Below, piece after piece: positions 1 through 13,091 of a stretch of DNA of 64,000 nt. The DNA is from Chrysomallon squamiferum (Eukaryota; Animalia; Mollusca). How positions within the stretch are numbered: the first letter of the stretch is position 1; every line of letters begins with the position of its first letter. The stretch covers positions 17,298,001-17,362,000 of the forward strand of contig CM022675.1 of assembly GCA_012295275.1 (NCBI GenBank), read 5' to 3'. The notes beneath the pieces were generated by a model. It was not told where the DNA came from. It worked only from the letters and a program-made list of their open reading frames with translations, and ran no database searches. Position numbers and translations under genes: made by a program.

Positions 1-153
1 AAAGAATGAATCAATGAATATAATTTATTATTTATAATTGATAAAAAAATAACAGACATACTCAGTACATTACAGATAAGATGTATAAAGGAAGCAGTAG
101 TAGTAGTAGTAGTGGTAGTAGTAATAATAAAAATAATAAAGAAAATACATTAC

Positions 154-662
154 CGCATTTGCTGATCTAATTGCGCTTTTTCAATTCTCTTATCTTTCGC
201 TCTCCTGTTCTGATACCAAATTTTAATTTGTGTTTCTGACAAGGTGAGCAGCTGAGCGAGCTCAACTCGCCGAGCTCTCGTCACGTACTCCGACTGGCTG
301 TACTCCATTTCGAGGCGAATCGTCTGTTCACTACTGAATGTAGTTCGTTGTCTCCTGGCGCGCTGTTCTCGTCTTTTTCTTCTAGGAACTGATATAAAGT
401 AATGAATTTGAATTCCATAGCTTTTCTTTTCCATCAAGGACAGATCAATAGATTTTTTACTGTTGTTTTCTTAATACAGTTCAACACAAAAATAGTTGAT
501 TCTCTCTTGTTATTCTTTTGAATCATAACTTATTTCGGATTTGATGCAAAGAAAAACAAAACAAAATGTTTATATGCACAAAATTTATATAGACTTAGCT
601 GACAGTTTCTTACAATTAATACTAAAATAACAATTTAAAAAGTCCAGAATAAATTATTTTGT

Positions 663-740
<78 letters not shown>

Positions 741-1363
741 TTTATAACAGTTGTTTACAGTTTCTATTTAATAGCATCTTTAGATCGCCTGTCAATTTCA
801 GACTTCACCCTTCTCATTAATGTTCATTTGATTGGATCATATTGATGTTTGTGATGTTGCTTCAAACCGGAAATACTGTCCTCGCGATCTTCGTGATACC
901 CGCAGTAGCAATCTACTTGGAAATTGATAGTCTGCATGAATTATCTATGAGCGTTTAATAAAACATACAAAGCGAGAAATGCTTTATTTTCCGTTTTATA
1001 GAGAGCCCGTGGTGATAAAAGAACCCTACAAATAAAATATATCACGCAACGAACTTAACGGTCGATAACATTCTGTTAATTCCGGCCTTTTTAATTCATC
1101 ACAAGTACATTTTAATCTTTTTTTTTTGTCGTAATTATTATTGTTATCATTATTACTACTACTACTACTACTATTAGTAACTGTAGTAGTAGGAGCAGTT
1201 ACAGTAGAGTAGTACTTATAGTAGTTGTTATTGTTGGTGCAGCAATAATAACAGTAGCAGTTATGTTTCAATTTTAGTATTAGTAGTAGCAGCTGTAGTT
1301 GTAGTAGCAGTAGCTGATGTTGTTGTTGTAGCAGTTGTTGTGTAGTATTAGTAGTAGTAGAAA

Positions 1364-1418
<55 letters not shown>

Positions 1419-1915
1419 TAGTAGTAGTAGTAGTATAATTGATTTTGCTATTACCTAGTTAATTAGTTACACATTTCATGTACCGGCCAGTCTGTGAATT
1501 TTTCTATTTCTTTGTTGCTAATCGAAAATGAAACTGACGTCCTATATATGTGCAAATTAAAAATGCGTTAAATAAAATATTTCTTGCTTTTTTCTTTTTT
1601 CTATCTTTTTACTATATTTTTAAAACTATATTTTGCAGATTAGAGATTCATTAATTATGTCCCATATTAATTTAAATATACATAAAATGACAGCTGCATA
1701 ATGATGATGATGATTTTAACCTAACAACAACAATAACAATAATAAATAAATAAAATTAAAGATCCCTTGCAATAAATGGAAAATAAAATTCGTCACATCT
1801 TGTCTAAATTGCGGAATTAAGAGAAAAAATAAATAAGCCTAGGTGCTGATAGCTTTATATAACAGATAAAATAGAAATTTACAACCAGTATGACACAGAG
1901 CCAAATGATTTCTTA

Positions 1916-1949
<34 letters not shown>

Positions 1950-2357
1950 CCTTAATCGCTCTCTCATGGCCATTTTTGGGGGTACGGTAACGCTGTTGAC
2001 TTAAACACATTAGTATAATCTTCTGAAAAGCAATGGCTTGTGCACAATACAAAAATTATTTAACATTCTCCACAAATCAATGGAAAACTACTTTTTTTTT
2101 AAATTTATCAAACTTTTAGAATTAGATTTACGTCACGTAAACAAACTACAGAGATAATTCTAACCTTCATATATTCTTATGTTCTTATTATATTACACTT
2201 TAATATCACCAAAGTTATGTTGAACAGAATGAAAATATCGTCTTTATTATCATCATTATCATTATAATCATATTTCATCTAGTAATAGATAGACAGAAAT
2301 AGACAAACAGATGGGCATATATTTTTATATATATGCCCGTCTATTTGTCTGTTTCTG

Positions 2358-2389
<32 letters not shown>

Positions 2390-2734
2390 GACAGACAGAC
2401 ACACAGATATATGAACAGTGTATATTGATACAGAAATAAATATATAAAGCTAATAACAAAAGGTTTACTTACAAAATGGCGACGTTCTATCTTGAGCTTC
2501 ATTGATGTTTAAGTTTGTTGACAAAAATGTGCTTTCACTTTGATCAATTTTTGTTTCATTGCGTTCCACAGATGGGTAGGGTCCTATTATAACACTGGAG
2601 GTGGGTAATCCACTAGACGCCATGGTAACTTGTCCGAATGGAGGGTGAATCCCGGGATGACTTAACCATGGGGATATAAGAAATGACCTCGTTTCAGGAA
2701 GAAAGCTCGATGATGTCATATTGAAAAGTTTCAT
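154..2734 (-). CDS. ro: Rough-class (Ro) homeobox gene, 5' part: exon 1 2473-2734, exon 2 154-388; continues off the window's left edge
   Basis: Exon 1 starts at an ATG (2734) and ends TTT T|gtaagt (phase 1). Exon 2 has acceptor tatcag|TT CCT (phase 1) and donor ATG CG|gtaatg. The homeodomain at 180-359, [20 protein letters not shown]...[19 protein letters not shown] followed by KAQ, matches the Rough signature ([16 protein letters not shown] ... [12 protein letters not shown]). Confidence 0.85.
667..736. repeat. (CT)n microsatellite, representative of many in the window: (AGT)n ~1345-1434, (GT)n ~3875-3912, (GA)n ~4105-4177, (AAT)n ~6755-6813, (TG)n ~9390-9449, (GA)n ~21145-21217, (AAT)n ~22161-22227, (CA)n ~24694-24741, (CT)n ~50944-51006
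   Basis: Read directly from the sequence. Confidence 0.95.
2289..2362. repeat. Near-perfect inverted repeat (34-bp arms, 6-nt loop) in homeobox intron 1
   Basis: Left arm atagacagaaatagacaaacagatgggcatatat; reverse complement of right arm atagacagaaacagacaaatagacgggcatatat; 3 differences. Confidence 0.85.
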
Positions 2735-2967
2735 AAATTCAGTGAGTGACAGAAAAACGATTTAGATTTCAGGATTCGTTTTAGTTAGATATAAAAAATT
2801 AGACAGAAGTATTTGTGATAAAAATATCCCCTTATTAATTTAGAAATGAAAAATAAGATTTGTGAAATTTTTATAATGGCTTAAAAATAAGATTTGACAG
2901 AAGTAATTCCAAGTGTATCTGTTTACGGGAACCAGCATGTGCAGTGTTTACCAGGCAAATTACCATC

Positions 2968-2977
2968 TTATATATAT
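2968..2977 (-). promoter_or_regulatory. Candidate TATA box of the homeobox gene
   Basis: The minus strand reads TATATATAAG about 235 nt upstream of the exon 1 ATG. Position is the only support. Confidence 0.3.
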
Positions 2978-3869
2978 CGTCAATTGCTTGGAATGGCTGC
3001 TAACCTAATCAATGATTAAGTTGTAACTAGGAACTGTCTCTTCGAACATGAAAGACTTGTTTTCTTGTAATTATTGTTAGCAAGCATTATCAATTTCCTT
3101 TCTCGCAATCTTCATTACAATAAAAATGCGGCGAACATCTTCTGGCAAGCGCTGTCAACTGTTAAACCGAGGCAACCCGGAAACTGCCGAATTGATACAT
3201 TTCCGATTAAATTCTTTAAACCAGGCATCAGGCGATTAGAACGGCTGATAACTGAGGATTAAATGATAGTGCGCTGATACCAGCTACACAAAGCCCTAAT
3301 GATGATGTTTAAATAATAAATTAGCAGTCTATTAATAACTGTTTATCAGGCACCGAGAAAATGTTTCGTGATTATGAGCATTTGAAATGTCTCCAGTTGT
3401 TATTATTATTATTGTTGTTGTTGTTGTTGTTGTTGTTTTGGCTGCTGCTTCTGTTGTTATTGTTGTTATTTTTGTTCTTGTTCATGTTTTCTTTTTCTAT
3501 TTCTTCTTAGTATTATTATTAATGTTACTAGTGGCGATATATTTTTGTTTAGGAGTTTAATATTTCTGCCCTAATAATTTACTTTTAACTTAAAATTTAA
3601 AAAGAGAAGAAGACATTACGATCCCTAGTAAAAGACAGCAGAAAAATTATATAAAAGTTCTTTTGAAATTATGTTGGGGAAAGAAAAATAAAGATAAGTT
3701 CAAGCCAGGTTTTTGCCTATGCAAGCCCTTTAGTAATAATCTGTTTTTATTTACAAATTACCTCATAATAATAATAGCAATGATGATGATGATGATGATG
3801 ATAATAATAATAACGAAGATGATAATAATAATAATAGGAAAAAAGCGAAACTAATGAATACAATGTGTA

Positions 3870-3918
<49 letters not shown>

Positions 3919-4101
3919 AACACTACATTTAGATTTTCAGGTCACGGATCAGTAATCTTTCAGCTCAGTGAAAATACTTTAAATTATTGCCATCTGAAAA
4001 GTGAATCCAGTTAAAAATCATAGATTTTAGCATTGCATATATTTCTTATTCTTTAATGTAATAATATGACTAGTAGTAATCATAGAGTAATTAATACATT
4101 T

Positions 4102-4182
<81 letters not shown>

Positions 4183-6754
4183 ATATTTAACTTTTAGAAA
4201 TATTTTTACATTCACTGCTATGCTAGTAATAAATATTTTATCTCTTATAATAATATGAAGTCGCAAGCGATGGTTTATTGTTGCTGTTGTTATTACTAGT
4301 CATCATAATGTTATATTAGTAGAAGTAATCTTATTATAAAAGCATATTTAGTGGTATTAATAGTAGCGGCATTAGCAACAGTAGTAATTTAGTAATAACA
4401 CTAGTTGTAGTAATAGTAGTTGTTCTTGTCGTTGTTGGTGCTATAGTTTTGTTGTTATTGTTGCTGTTGCACTTATACAATTTGTAGATATGATTAAGAC
4501 AAAAATTTCTGTATTTACATCTTTGTTCTTATTAATAGGCTGGCTGGCAAAATATATATATCTTTTCTAGCATTCATCGAAATTCAGCATATTTAAGTTT
4601 ATCGGCTACAAATATCTTTTTTATTAAAAAAAACTGACAAAAATTTAATGGAATGAATAATATGTAAACTGTAATATAATCTTAGTTTGTGTTGTACTAA
4701 TTATAGTCTCAGCTGGAAATAAATATGTTATGTGTAAAATAATTTTGTGATTCGAATAAAAACGTGAGAAATGTCTCTAAAATGAGCTAAAATGTGAAAA
4801 AAATTATTTGTATCATACAAGACAAATAAATGAGTATAACGAAGAAAACATTTTAAACTAAAACGAGAAATGATTGATAAAGTACCCTCTTTTGCTCCAT
4901 GTAAATAACAGAAAATTAACATGAATAAACATGTTATAAGATTTTGATTTTTCGTTTGAAACTCAGGTTTAAAGCCACAAAAATGGAATCTCGTTGTCCG
5001 TTTTACTGGTCCACGTGTAAGTATGTACAAATAAAAAATGTGTTTCTTAACGAGTTCTTCACAACCGTTAATTAAACAAGTGTCATATAATAGGGCTAAA
5101 TTACTCAATCATAATTAACATGTGTCAGAATTAAATCCATTAATTATATATCTGTAATTTAAATTTAAGAAAAGTAAGTCGTGAAAGTAACAAAGAAAAT
5201 AAATGTACCGTATATCTTTTTTGAATACAGCTGACATAAAGACAACAAATGAATATAATTTAATTCTCTTGTGGACAGACCGATATATTCTTTCGGGACC
5301 GATATATTCAGAGGGACAAAAATTACAAACAATTTTTGAACATATTTACCATCTTTATTGACATCCATCACACCAGTACCCACAACAAACCAAACACATC
5401 ACGGTTTTCTCCTAAAAAGCAACTGCAAACATATCTAAATAAAACATACTTTTGCACGTCATAAAAATCATAATGAACATAAGGTATACTTTTGTTATAT
5501 AAAATATAGCGTTTGAAACCCAAACAGAGTCCGAAATGTATTCTCCCATCTATCCAAAAACCTAACCAAGTCAATCTATTACAACAACATTGGGTTTTGG
5601 CTAGGTGGGAGTTGGGTGGTATGGGATTAACTTTGGTCAGTCTATTCTATTCGTGTTATAGTCTGAATCAAATATCTTGATTTCGACGCTAAAAATATAT
5701 TGCAATTATGATATAATTTGTATCTATTAGTAATACTAATCTTGGTTAATACACTGAAACGGCATAGTCCTGAACTGGCATGATGAAAACGGAGTTTCAG
5801 ATTCTGAAAAAAATTGTTTTCAATGTCACGATACTTCTGTTTCTTATATTTCCGTCGACCAGTGGCTGCAAGTTGTATAATTGCTGTTTCATTTTTAGCC
5901 TACATGTTCTTTATAGTGGTGAGCAGTTTGTAAATGTTTGGATATGGCGACTTCACTAAATTGTTCAGTTTATGAAGGCAGAATATCATTATGACATTGT
6001 ACCTTTTTGTTATCCACTAAAAACATCCTGCATTTACGATATTAATATGTGTGGGTAATTAGTACATGACTGTACATCTTTTAGAAATAATAACCTTTAT
6101 TAATTTTTAACACTGATTTTAAAAGTAATATTAGCCATACTATTACCTGATAGCTCTTCCTCATAAATGGTACAGGAGTGACTTCTTCTCTAATTCACAA
6201 GCATGGTTGTGTGGCAGACTTATCTTACATAGAACTCTACTGAACTATATTCACTTAATATAAAGTACGGATCATAGCCCTTAATACCAGTTTACTATCA
6301 AAACATTTGGCCCAGGTATCCCGACATCATTTTGGCTATGTGGGAGATAGATATTTTTAAGTTTTAGGCTAAGTGGGCGTGAACCTTTTTTCGACATAAA
6401 AAATCCTTTAGTTTATAAAAAAATAAATCTGCATGGAACGATCCTGAATGTTTGAATTATGAAAATTATGTACCAAATGGGTTCAGCTTGGACGGTTATG
6501 CTCTTGCAATTCGTGGACTCTTGTTTATATATATAAATATTTAAGAGAGAAAAAAATCCAGATCGGTATGACTGTCCGTTTTTGCAGTGGAAGAATAATA
6601 AAAAAATGTGGACCGCGTCCACGTTCAGTGAAATTCGTTGATCTAAGGAATACAAAAACAGTCCTGAAAAGTGTCCATACATTGTAGGTGGCCGTTCTTC
6701 ATGTGCACTTATATACAGGAAAGTGTATTTATACACAGTCGAGTTTACTAGTCA

Positions 6755-6813
<59 letters not shown>

Positions 6814-6966
6814 CCAAGAATAAAAGTAGAAGTTAGACAAGTGATTAAATTTAAATAGTTTGGTAGATCTATTCGTAGTTTGTAACAATACAGCCAAAAA
6901 TAATAGTAGAAATAAAATAGTAGAGAGTTATAAAAATCATTGAAATGGATATACAACATAATTATA

Positions 6967-7020
<54 letters not shown>

Positions 7021-7185
7021 CTGTGTGTGTGTATACACACACATACTCGCACACATATATTTATACAAATATAAGCTGGAAAGAGATAAATTTTAAAACA
7101 AATAGTTGTAATATACTGATATATTAAAATACACAGATAGATGACATCATGTGAAAAAAAAACACATAGTAAGTTGATCTCGTGC

Positions 7186-8390
7186 TTAGTACAGTTTTAT
7201 TGATACCAGTGCACTTAGCCACAGAAGTGGGTAGTACAGACTAGTTTGTGATTTTAAGCCGTTGCATCCATAAAACTTATGGCAGTCGGTTACTGTTGGA
7301 GGATTTTTCGCGTCCACGAATAAATCTCTGTTGCAGTATTCTCCCCTGCATGATGTCACACAATTTATATGCCAGACATCCGGCGTACATTTGTTGCCGA
7401 TGTTCGGAGAGCATCCTCGAAAAAATGAGTTAATCCTTCTATGTTCTGAAAATAAAAGAAACTGTAAAATAAGTAGTAGTAATAACAGAAGTATCGGTAG
7501 ATGTAACAGTGGTTTGAGTAGTGAGTGTTAATTTGATAATATTTCAGTCAAAATAATAGTTGTTGTTGTTATCACTATTGTTACTGTAATGCTAGATATA
7601 ATATTTAGAATAAACAATGTTAATAAAAAATAATATAATATAATATAATATAATATAATATAATATAATATAATATAATATAATGTAATGTAATGTAATG
7701 TAATGTAATGTAATGTAATATAATACAAAATAATAACAATAAAATAAATAAATAAATAAATTATGTCAGTCAGCCATATTAAATTCATTCAAGGTTTCTT
7801 GTGCCTTATTAATCTTAATAAAAGTGTAGCTAAGGGCTATATAGTGTCGCTTGCAAATCTTAAAGCACTTATTACCAAACATATGGCTGTGTATACAGCT
7901 AGGAAGGATGTATGCATCACAATACTTTAAACTGCACCCAGACAAACAGAGCTAAATTTTCCAAATAAAATTTCATACATGTGAATGTGTAAGTACATAT
8001 GCATTAACACACAATTTTAAAAATATTTATTGTGTTTACGTGATGTAAGAATTTCATTTTCAGGACTAGCATTTATTTCGGAGACATAACTGCCGATAAA
8101 GCTGTGTGTAGATGTGCCCTTGAATGTACACTCGTTTGTTTGTTCATTAGTTTATTAATGTACAGATTGCGTTTTAACATTAAAGAAATCTGTGATATTA
8201 TATACATACGTGTATCCCACTGTTCGGATGTAATACAATGATTTCCACATTTAACTCTCTCAAATTGTTTTAAAGCATCCGGATTATTCAGACATTCGAT
8301 ACCCTTATTACCATCAGTGTACGTGTATGAGCACGAATAGCACATGAAACCTGTAGCAAAATTTAAAATTTAATTAATTAAAACAACAGC

Positions 8391-8423
<33 letters not shown>

Positions 8424-8893
8424 AATAATAATAATAATAACAAAATTGTTATATATTAATATTTATATTACTTTATCATTGTTTGTGATTCTATCTTAAT
8501 AATGTAGATAGCAAGATATTACTTAAATATTTCTCCTGTTTATTTTTTTTTTAATTATTATTATTGTTGTTGTTATCTTTGTTTTGTTATTACCGTCATT
8601 TGTCAGTAACGTCACCAGTTCACTCAAGCTAATCTATGTAATTCCACTGTCATTTTTATTGACATAACTGTTACAAAACAATCTATCAACATTAAACATA
8701 AAACGTCATGTTTTCTGTGGCCTGTACCTTTTAACATAATCAGTGATTGTTTATTTGTTTATTCCAGAATAATAAATAAAACTATGACAGCACAAGCCAG
8801 AAGATATATTTATAAACAGATATATCATCCTGTTAGCAATTACTGTATATGTACGTATGTATGAATGTATGTTTGTATGTGAATGTATGTATG

Positions 8894-8924
<31 letters not shown>

Positions 8925-9386
8925 GTATTTCATGAACACACAAGTACTCATACAAACAAACACACAGACAAGGATCAAGATGTTGTCTTCGGCTTTCCAG
9001 ACAGTAACAAATTTAGTCTCTTTTAAACTGCCATACTGAGTTTGATATGTATCGGATGTTGACAGAATCTTATAACCTATGAGCCATTAACATTTATAGT
9101 CACTGTACTGACACGAGAACAAGTGGTAACAAAAAACATTACAATTAAATGTGCTTTGTCTCTATGTAACTGTGTATGTGTGATGTGTGTTTATATAGCA
9201 GAATCGGTTCCAGTTTCAGCCAAAACACATACACAGACAGTCACGCACAGATATATACAAACACATAGGCACTCATGCACACAAACACATACGCACATAA
9301 AGAAGGTGGTTTAAAAATAATTCTTTTTTTTCAAAACATTTAGAAGAAGAGGAAAAAAAAGAAAAATCTATGTATGTGTTTGTGTT

Positions 9387-9451
<65 letters not shown>

Positions 9452-10248
9452 GGCTCTCTTTAGGTATGTAAAGTAAACTATGTGAGATGACAGATAGATA
9501 AATGAGTAGATATGAATGTCTGCAGGTGTATATTTATATTTGCATTTTTGTTATTCGTATTTTCACTAATTGAGGATATCAGTGTGACAGTTAACAGCCA
9601 TATTGAAAACACTAAAAAAAAAATAAAGGAAAAAAAAGGGAAAATCCCAGTGTTGGTCAAAGATTCTGGGTAATGAATTCAACTGTCATATTTAACTGAT
9701 TTAAGAAGATAAATGAAGTCCAAGAGATCAGAGAGAGAGAGAACTGCCTAGATTAATAGTATCCAGGCCACAACTATTAATATAATCTAACGTCATTTCC
9801 GCTCATAATTATTACTGTAATTAAACTCATCATTATTATTCAGATTATATCTAGGCTAATTTGATTAATTAAAATTTATTAAAAATTATTAACAGAATGC
9901 TGTGAACATAAATTAATTCTTACCTTTTTTTAAGTTGTCTTTACCTAAGTTTTATTTGTAAACGTCATTTATTTTTTAATGAAAAGCACGTACGCCACAC
10001 CCACCAAAAAATCCAGTACATATATAGCCATACAAATATAGTCATCCGTTCTGACATACAAACGTATGGTTAAATACAAGGGCGATTATTCAACAAAAAA
10101 GAAATAATTTGAACATCTTTTCTTAATGCATACTTAAATGAATAATCTGAAGTTCAAACAGTATATATTTGGAAAATATCAACTTACCAACAGCTACACC
10201 GAAACATGTAGCAAAAATATAAGCTGTACATATGGACATAATGTACAT
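7186..10248 (-). CDS. Ly6/uPAR three-finger (quiver/sleepless-like) GPI-anchored protein, 153 aa; exons 10188-10248, 8210-8350, 7186-7445
   Basis: Signal-peptide exon MYIMSICTAYIFATCFGVAV. Then GFMCYSC...IEC...KCGNHC...RGC...KC...NCVTSCRGEYCN (10-Cys pattern ending in CN) and a hydrophobic tail YPLLWLSALVSIKLY*. Both introns are GT-AG, phase 1, and the total of 462 nt is divisible by 3. Confidence 0.85.
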
Positions 10249-11924
10249 AGTCAGTTACTTTGTATCTTTTATGAGAAAACGTAGCATGTTAAAGTTACTG
10301 TTTTCAGATAGTCGTATCATAGACTTTTGATGTCACATTGGAAGGTATTGGGTAAAAACAGAAGAAGAAAAAAGAACAACAACAACAGAGGAATTTGCTT
10401 AAAAACAACACGAACGATTTAGTGTCCACTGCCGTAATTGCTAATATTAGACGAAAAAAGAAGAACGAAAACTTTAAGAACCTGGTTGTTAAGCACTAGT
10501 TGGAACGGAAAACAATGCAAGTATGTAGTATTAATAAAACATATACTCTTCTTATCATCCAGACCCGACAAAAACAACACAACTGACACCTAACATCAGT
10601 TATTAATAAAATAGGTATAAGTAAATGATGTTTATTTTCGCTACTCGAAATAATCCTAAAATAAGACTGATGCAAATATTTACATTTTATCATCATCACC
10701 ATCACCATCATCCTCACCATCACCATTATCATCGCCATCATCATCTTGTTCATTCTTGTTGTTGTATTTTTGCATAATAGTAATTTTTAAATTTTGTATT
10801 TGTTTTAAATAAAGATATATTAAATATGAACGTTTTTAAAACTAAAAGTTCTAATGATGAAATTATTTTATTTAGGTAACAAAACACACAAACACATAAA
10901 AATTCAGCGAGAGAGTAATACATTTAGAAGAAAACAAAATGAAGAATCCAGGTTTTCACAATTTATAATAAGAAGGATAAAAAAGACTGTCAGCAAGTCT
11001 AATACAGATGCTATCGGGTATGGTTAAGAATTTGTTCAATGTACATATAGTTTTCCTGGTGATGTAGATATTCTCGTATTCAACCCATTAAATAATCTTG
11101 TTAACGACTGTGACAGGGCTCACTAACTTAGTTTTTATGTCATTCGTTTTAATACTCACATATACCAGGACTGAATCACATAATAATACACAACAAAAAT
11201 ATATATTACATAATGAATACTTCACAAGAATAACAAGATGAAAATATTTAATAATAAATATCTCACAATATCTCAGAAGAAAAACATAGTCACACACACT
11301 GTGTAATCAGCATGTGTGAATGTATTTAGATACATACATATTACAGACGCTGATATCCATTTACATCAAAGAAAGAATGACAAAGTAAATAGAAAGAAAA
11401 ACAAATATGTGTCATACACATAGCATTTTCTATATAACGTGTTTCGTTTTTGCTGCAGCATGATAGAGCGTGACGAAAGTATATTAAAGTTGACACTTAT
11501 TGACACAGAATCTTATCTAAATCGATGTCCCAGATAAAATCTACTTATTTTATTTTGTGATGAAAGATATCCCTACCTATAATAACTGACTAAGCAACTG
11601 ATCTCTGACGTGATCGTAAGAAAAAGTTCGTGCTTACGTAACTTTTTTATTTACGTTTATATATGGAATATTTAAAAGTATTGCATATAATAAGCAAGCG
11701 TTAACAGGAAGTATGAAATGGGCGTGCTTTTCAATCAATCATCGGAGATATCAAAGCGATCGGATGTCTTCGAGCTGTTACGTATTTTAAATTAATGACT
11801 GACACACCTAGGACATCCAGGTTAAATGCCTAAACGAACCTGACTCGGCTACATTCTGGTCGGAACATTATTCTGAGTATCACTGACACTCTTCTAAAGG
11901 AATACATCAAGCGGAAAATACAAC

Positions 11925-13091
11925 ATGACGCTAGTAGCTATACTCGTAGTCATCACAGCTCTTGCAGCTCGCCATACTTTGGCTCAGTTTACTGGTGGAA
12001 GTGGTGGTACCAATGCAATGATTCCCGGCACTGGAGGATTTCAGCCTAACGCTATGATGCAAACACCAGGAGGAAATGGTATGATTCCTAATGCATTTCA
12101 GCCAAATAATGGATTCCAGCCTTCTAACGGGTTTCAACCAAACCGATTCCAACCAAACTCAATGATGGGACAAAATCCAGTGATGGGACAAAATCCAATG
12201 ATGGGACAAAACCCAATGTTGGGACAAAACCCAATGATGGGACAAAACCCAATGATGGGACAAAACCCAATGATGGGACAAAACCCAATGATGGGACAAA
12301 ACCCAATGATTCAAATGAATGGAGGTTTTCCAGGAAACCAAATGATGCCAAATGCTGGACGTTTCCAGGCAAATAATGCTTTCCAGAGAGCTACAGCCAT
12401 GCTGGGTAATGTTAACAATAATGCCAATGCAGCCCGACGACGACCTGAATTCCTTACCTGCATCGGTCGCAACACTAATGGCGATGAGATTAGAACTACT
12501 TTCTACTACGAACAAAGAAACTCCCAACAGTTTAACCCATTCAATCCATTCGCCAACCGTCAGCAGCGCCAGACTCTTCGTATGTTCAGTCTCATCTCCA
12601 CCAACATCAATTCCCAGCTGCAAGGTGAATTCCAGCATGTGATAACGGAATTCTCTCGAGTTGAAGATGGTTGTCTCAGTCAAGCTTTGGGTAACATTCT
12701 CACCGATAGATCTTGGTGGGGACAGAATCGTGTGAGGGGAATCATTGGAACCAGAACCACCGTTTACCAAGGACAAAGTGCTCGTTCTTTGGAGGTCATC
12801 GATAATATTCAAATGAGTGACCTTATTGGCCGTGGTCTTGCTCTATGTCCTGTCACCCAACTCAGTGGCTCCACCTGTCGAGACCTCATTCCCCTCTGTT
12901 GCAAGATAGGAATTGACAGTCAGTCAGCCACCCCGGAAAATGGGCAACAACAGAACAGAAGTCAACAACTCGGACAATTCGGAATGCAAAATAGCGTAAA
13001 CACCGGACTGACAGGCTTGACAGGACAAACTGGAGGTCTAAACACCGGACTGAACACAAACACCGGAGGTCTCAACCTGAATGGGAAATAA
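11925..13091 (+). CDS. Secreted Gln/Met/Gly/Asn-rich protein with a 6-Cys core resembling a metal-site-less Cu/Zn SOD fold (paralog 1, 388 aa)
   Basis: Uninterrupted ORF with a hydrophobic signal peptide (MTLVAILVVITALAARHTLA-Q), FQPN and GQNPMM repeats, a core strongly similar to 19501-20328, and a TGL/TGGLN-rich tail. Confidence 0.9.
   Translation: MTLVAILVVITALAARHTLAQFTGGSGGTNAMIPGTGGFQPNAMMQTPGGNGMIPNAFQPNNGFQPSNGFQPNRFQPNSMMGQNPVMGQNPMMGQNPMLGQNPMMGQNPMMGQNPMMGQNPMMGQNPMIQMNGGFPGNQMMPNAGRFQANNAFQRATAMLGNVNNNANAARRRPEFLTCIGRNTNGDEIRTTFYYEQRNSQQFNPFNPFANRQQRQTLRMFSLISTNINSQLQGEFQHVITEFSRVEDGCLSQALGNILTDRSWWGQNRVRGIIGTRTTVYQGQSARSLEVIDNIQMSDLIGRGLALCPVTQLSGSTCRDLIPLCCKIGIDSQSATPENGQQQNRSQQLGQFGMQNSVNTGLTGLTGQTGGLNTGLNTNTGGLNLNGK
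12162..12311 (+). repeat. Coding 18-bp tandem repeat, 8 x GQNP(M/V)(M/L/I)
   Basis: atgggacaaaa(c/t)cca(a/g)tg units read directly. Confidence 0.95.

Noticed and set aside
4700-5600. Cluster of minus-strand ORFs as a gene or transposon
   Set aside because: I found no recognisable motifs, splice chain, TIRs or TSD. It could be a decayed element but I cannot support that.
12162-12311. Reflectin
   Set aside because: It is Met-rich but lacks the reflectin (M/F)D-x5-MD repeats and Tyr/Arg/Asp composition, and it has a signal peptide and a Cys-containing core.
11931-12812. Antisense ORFs over the SOD-like genes (also 19831-20031) and over other coding exons (e.g. 32146-32616)
   Set aside because: These are shadow frames of real coding sequence, with no independent features.
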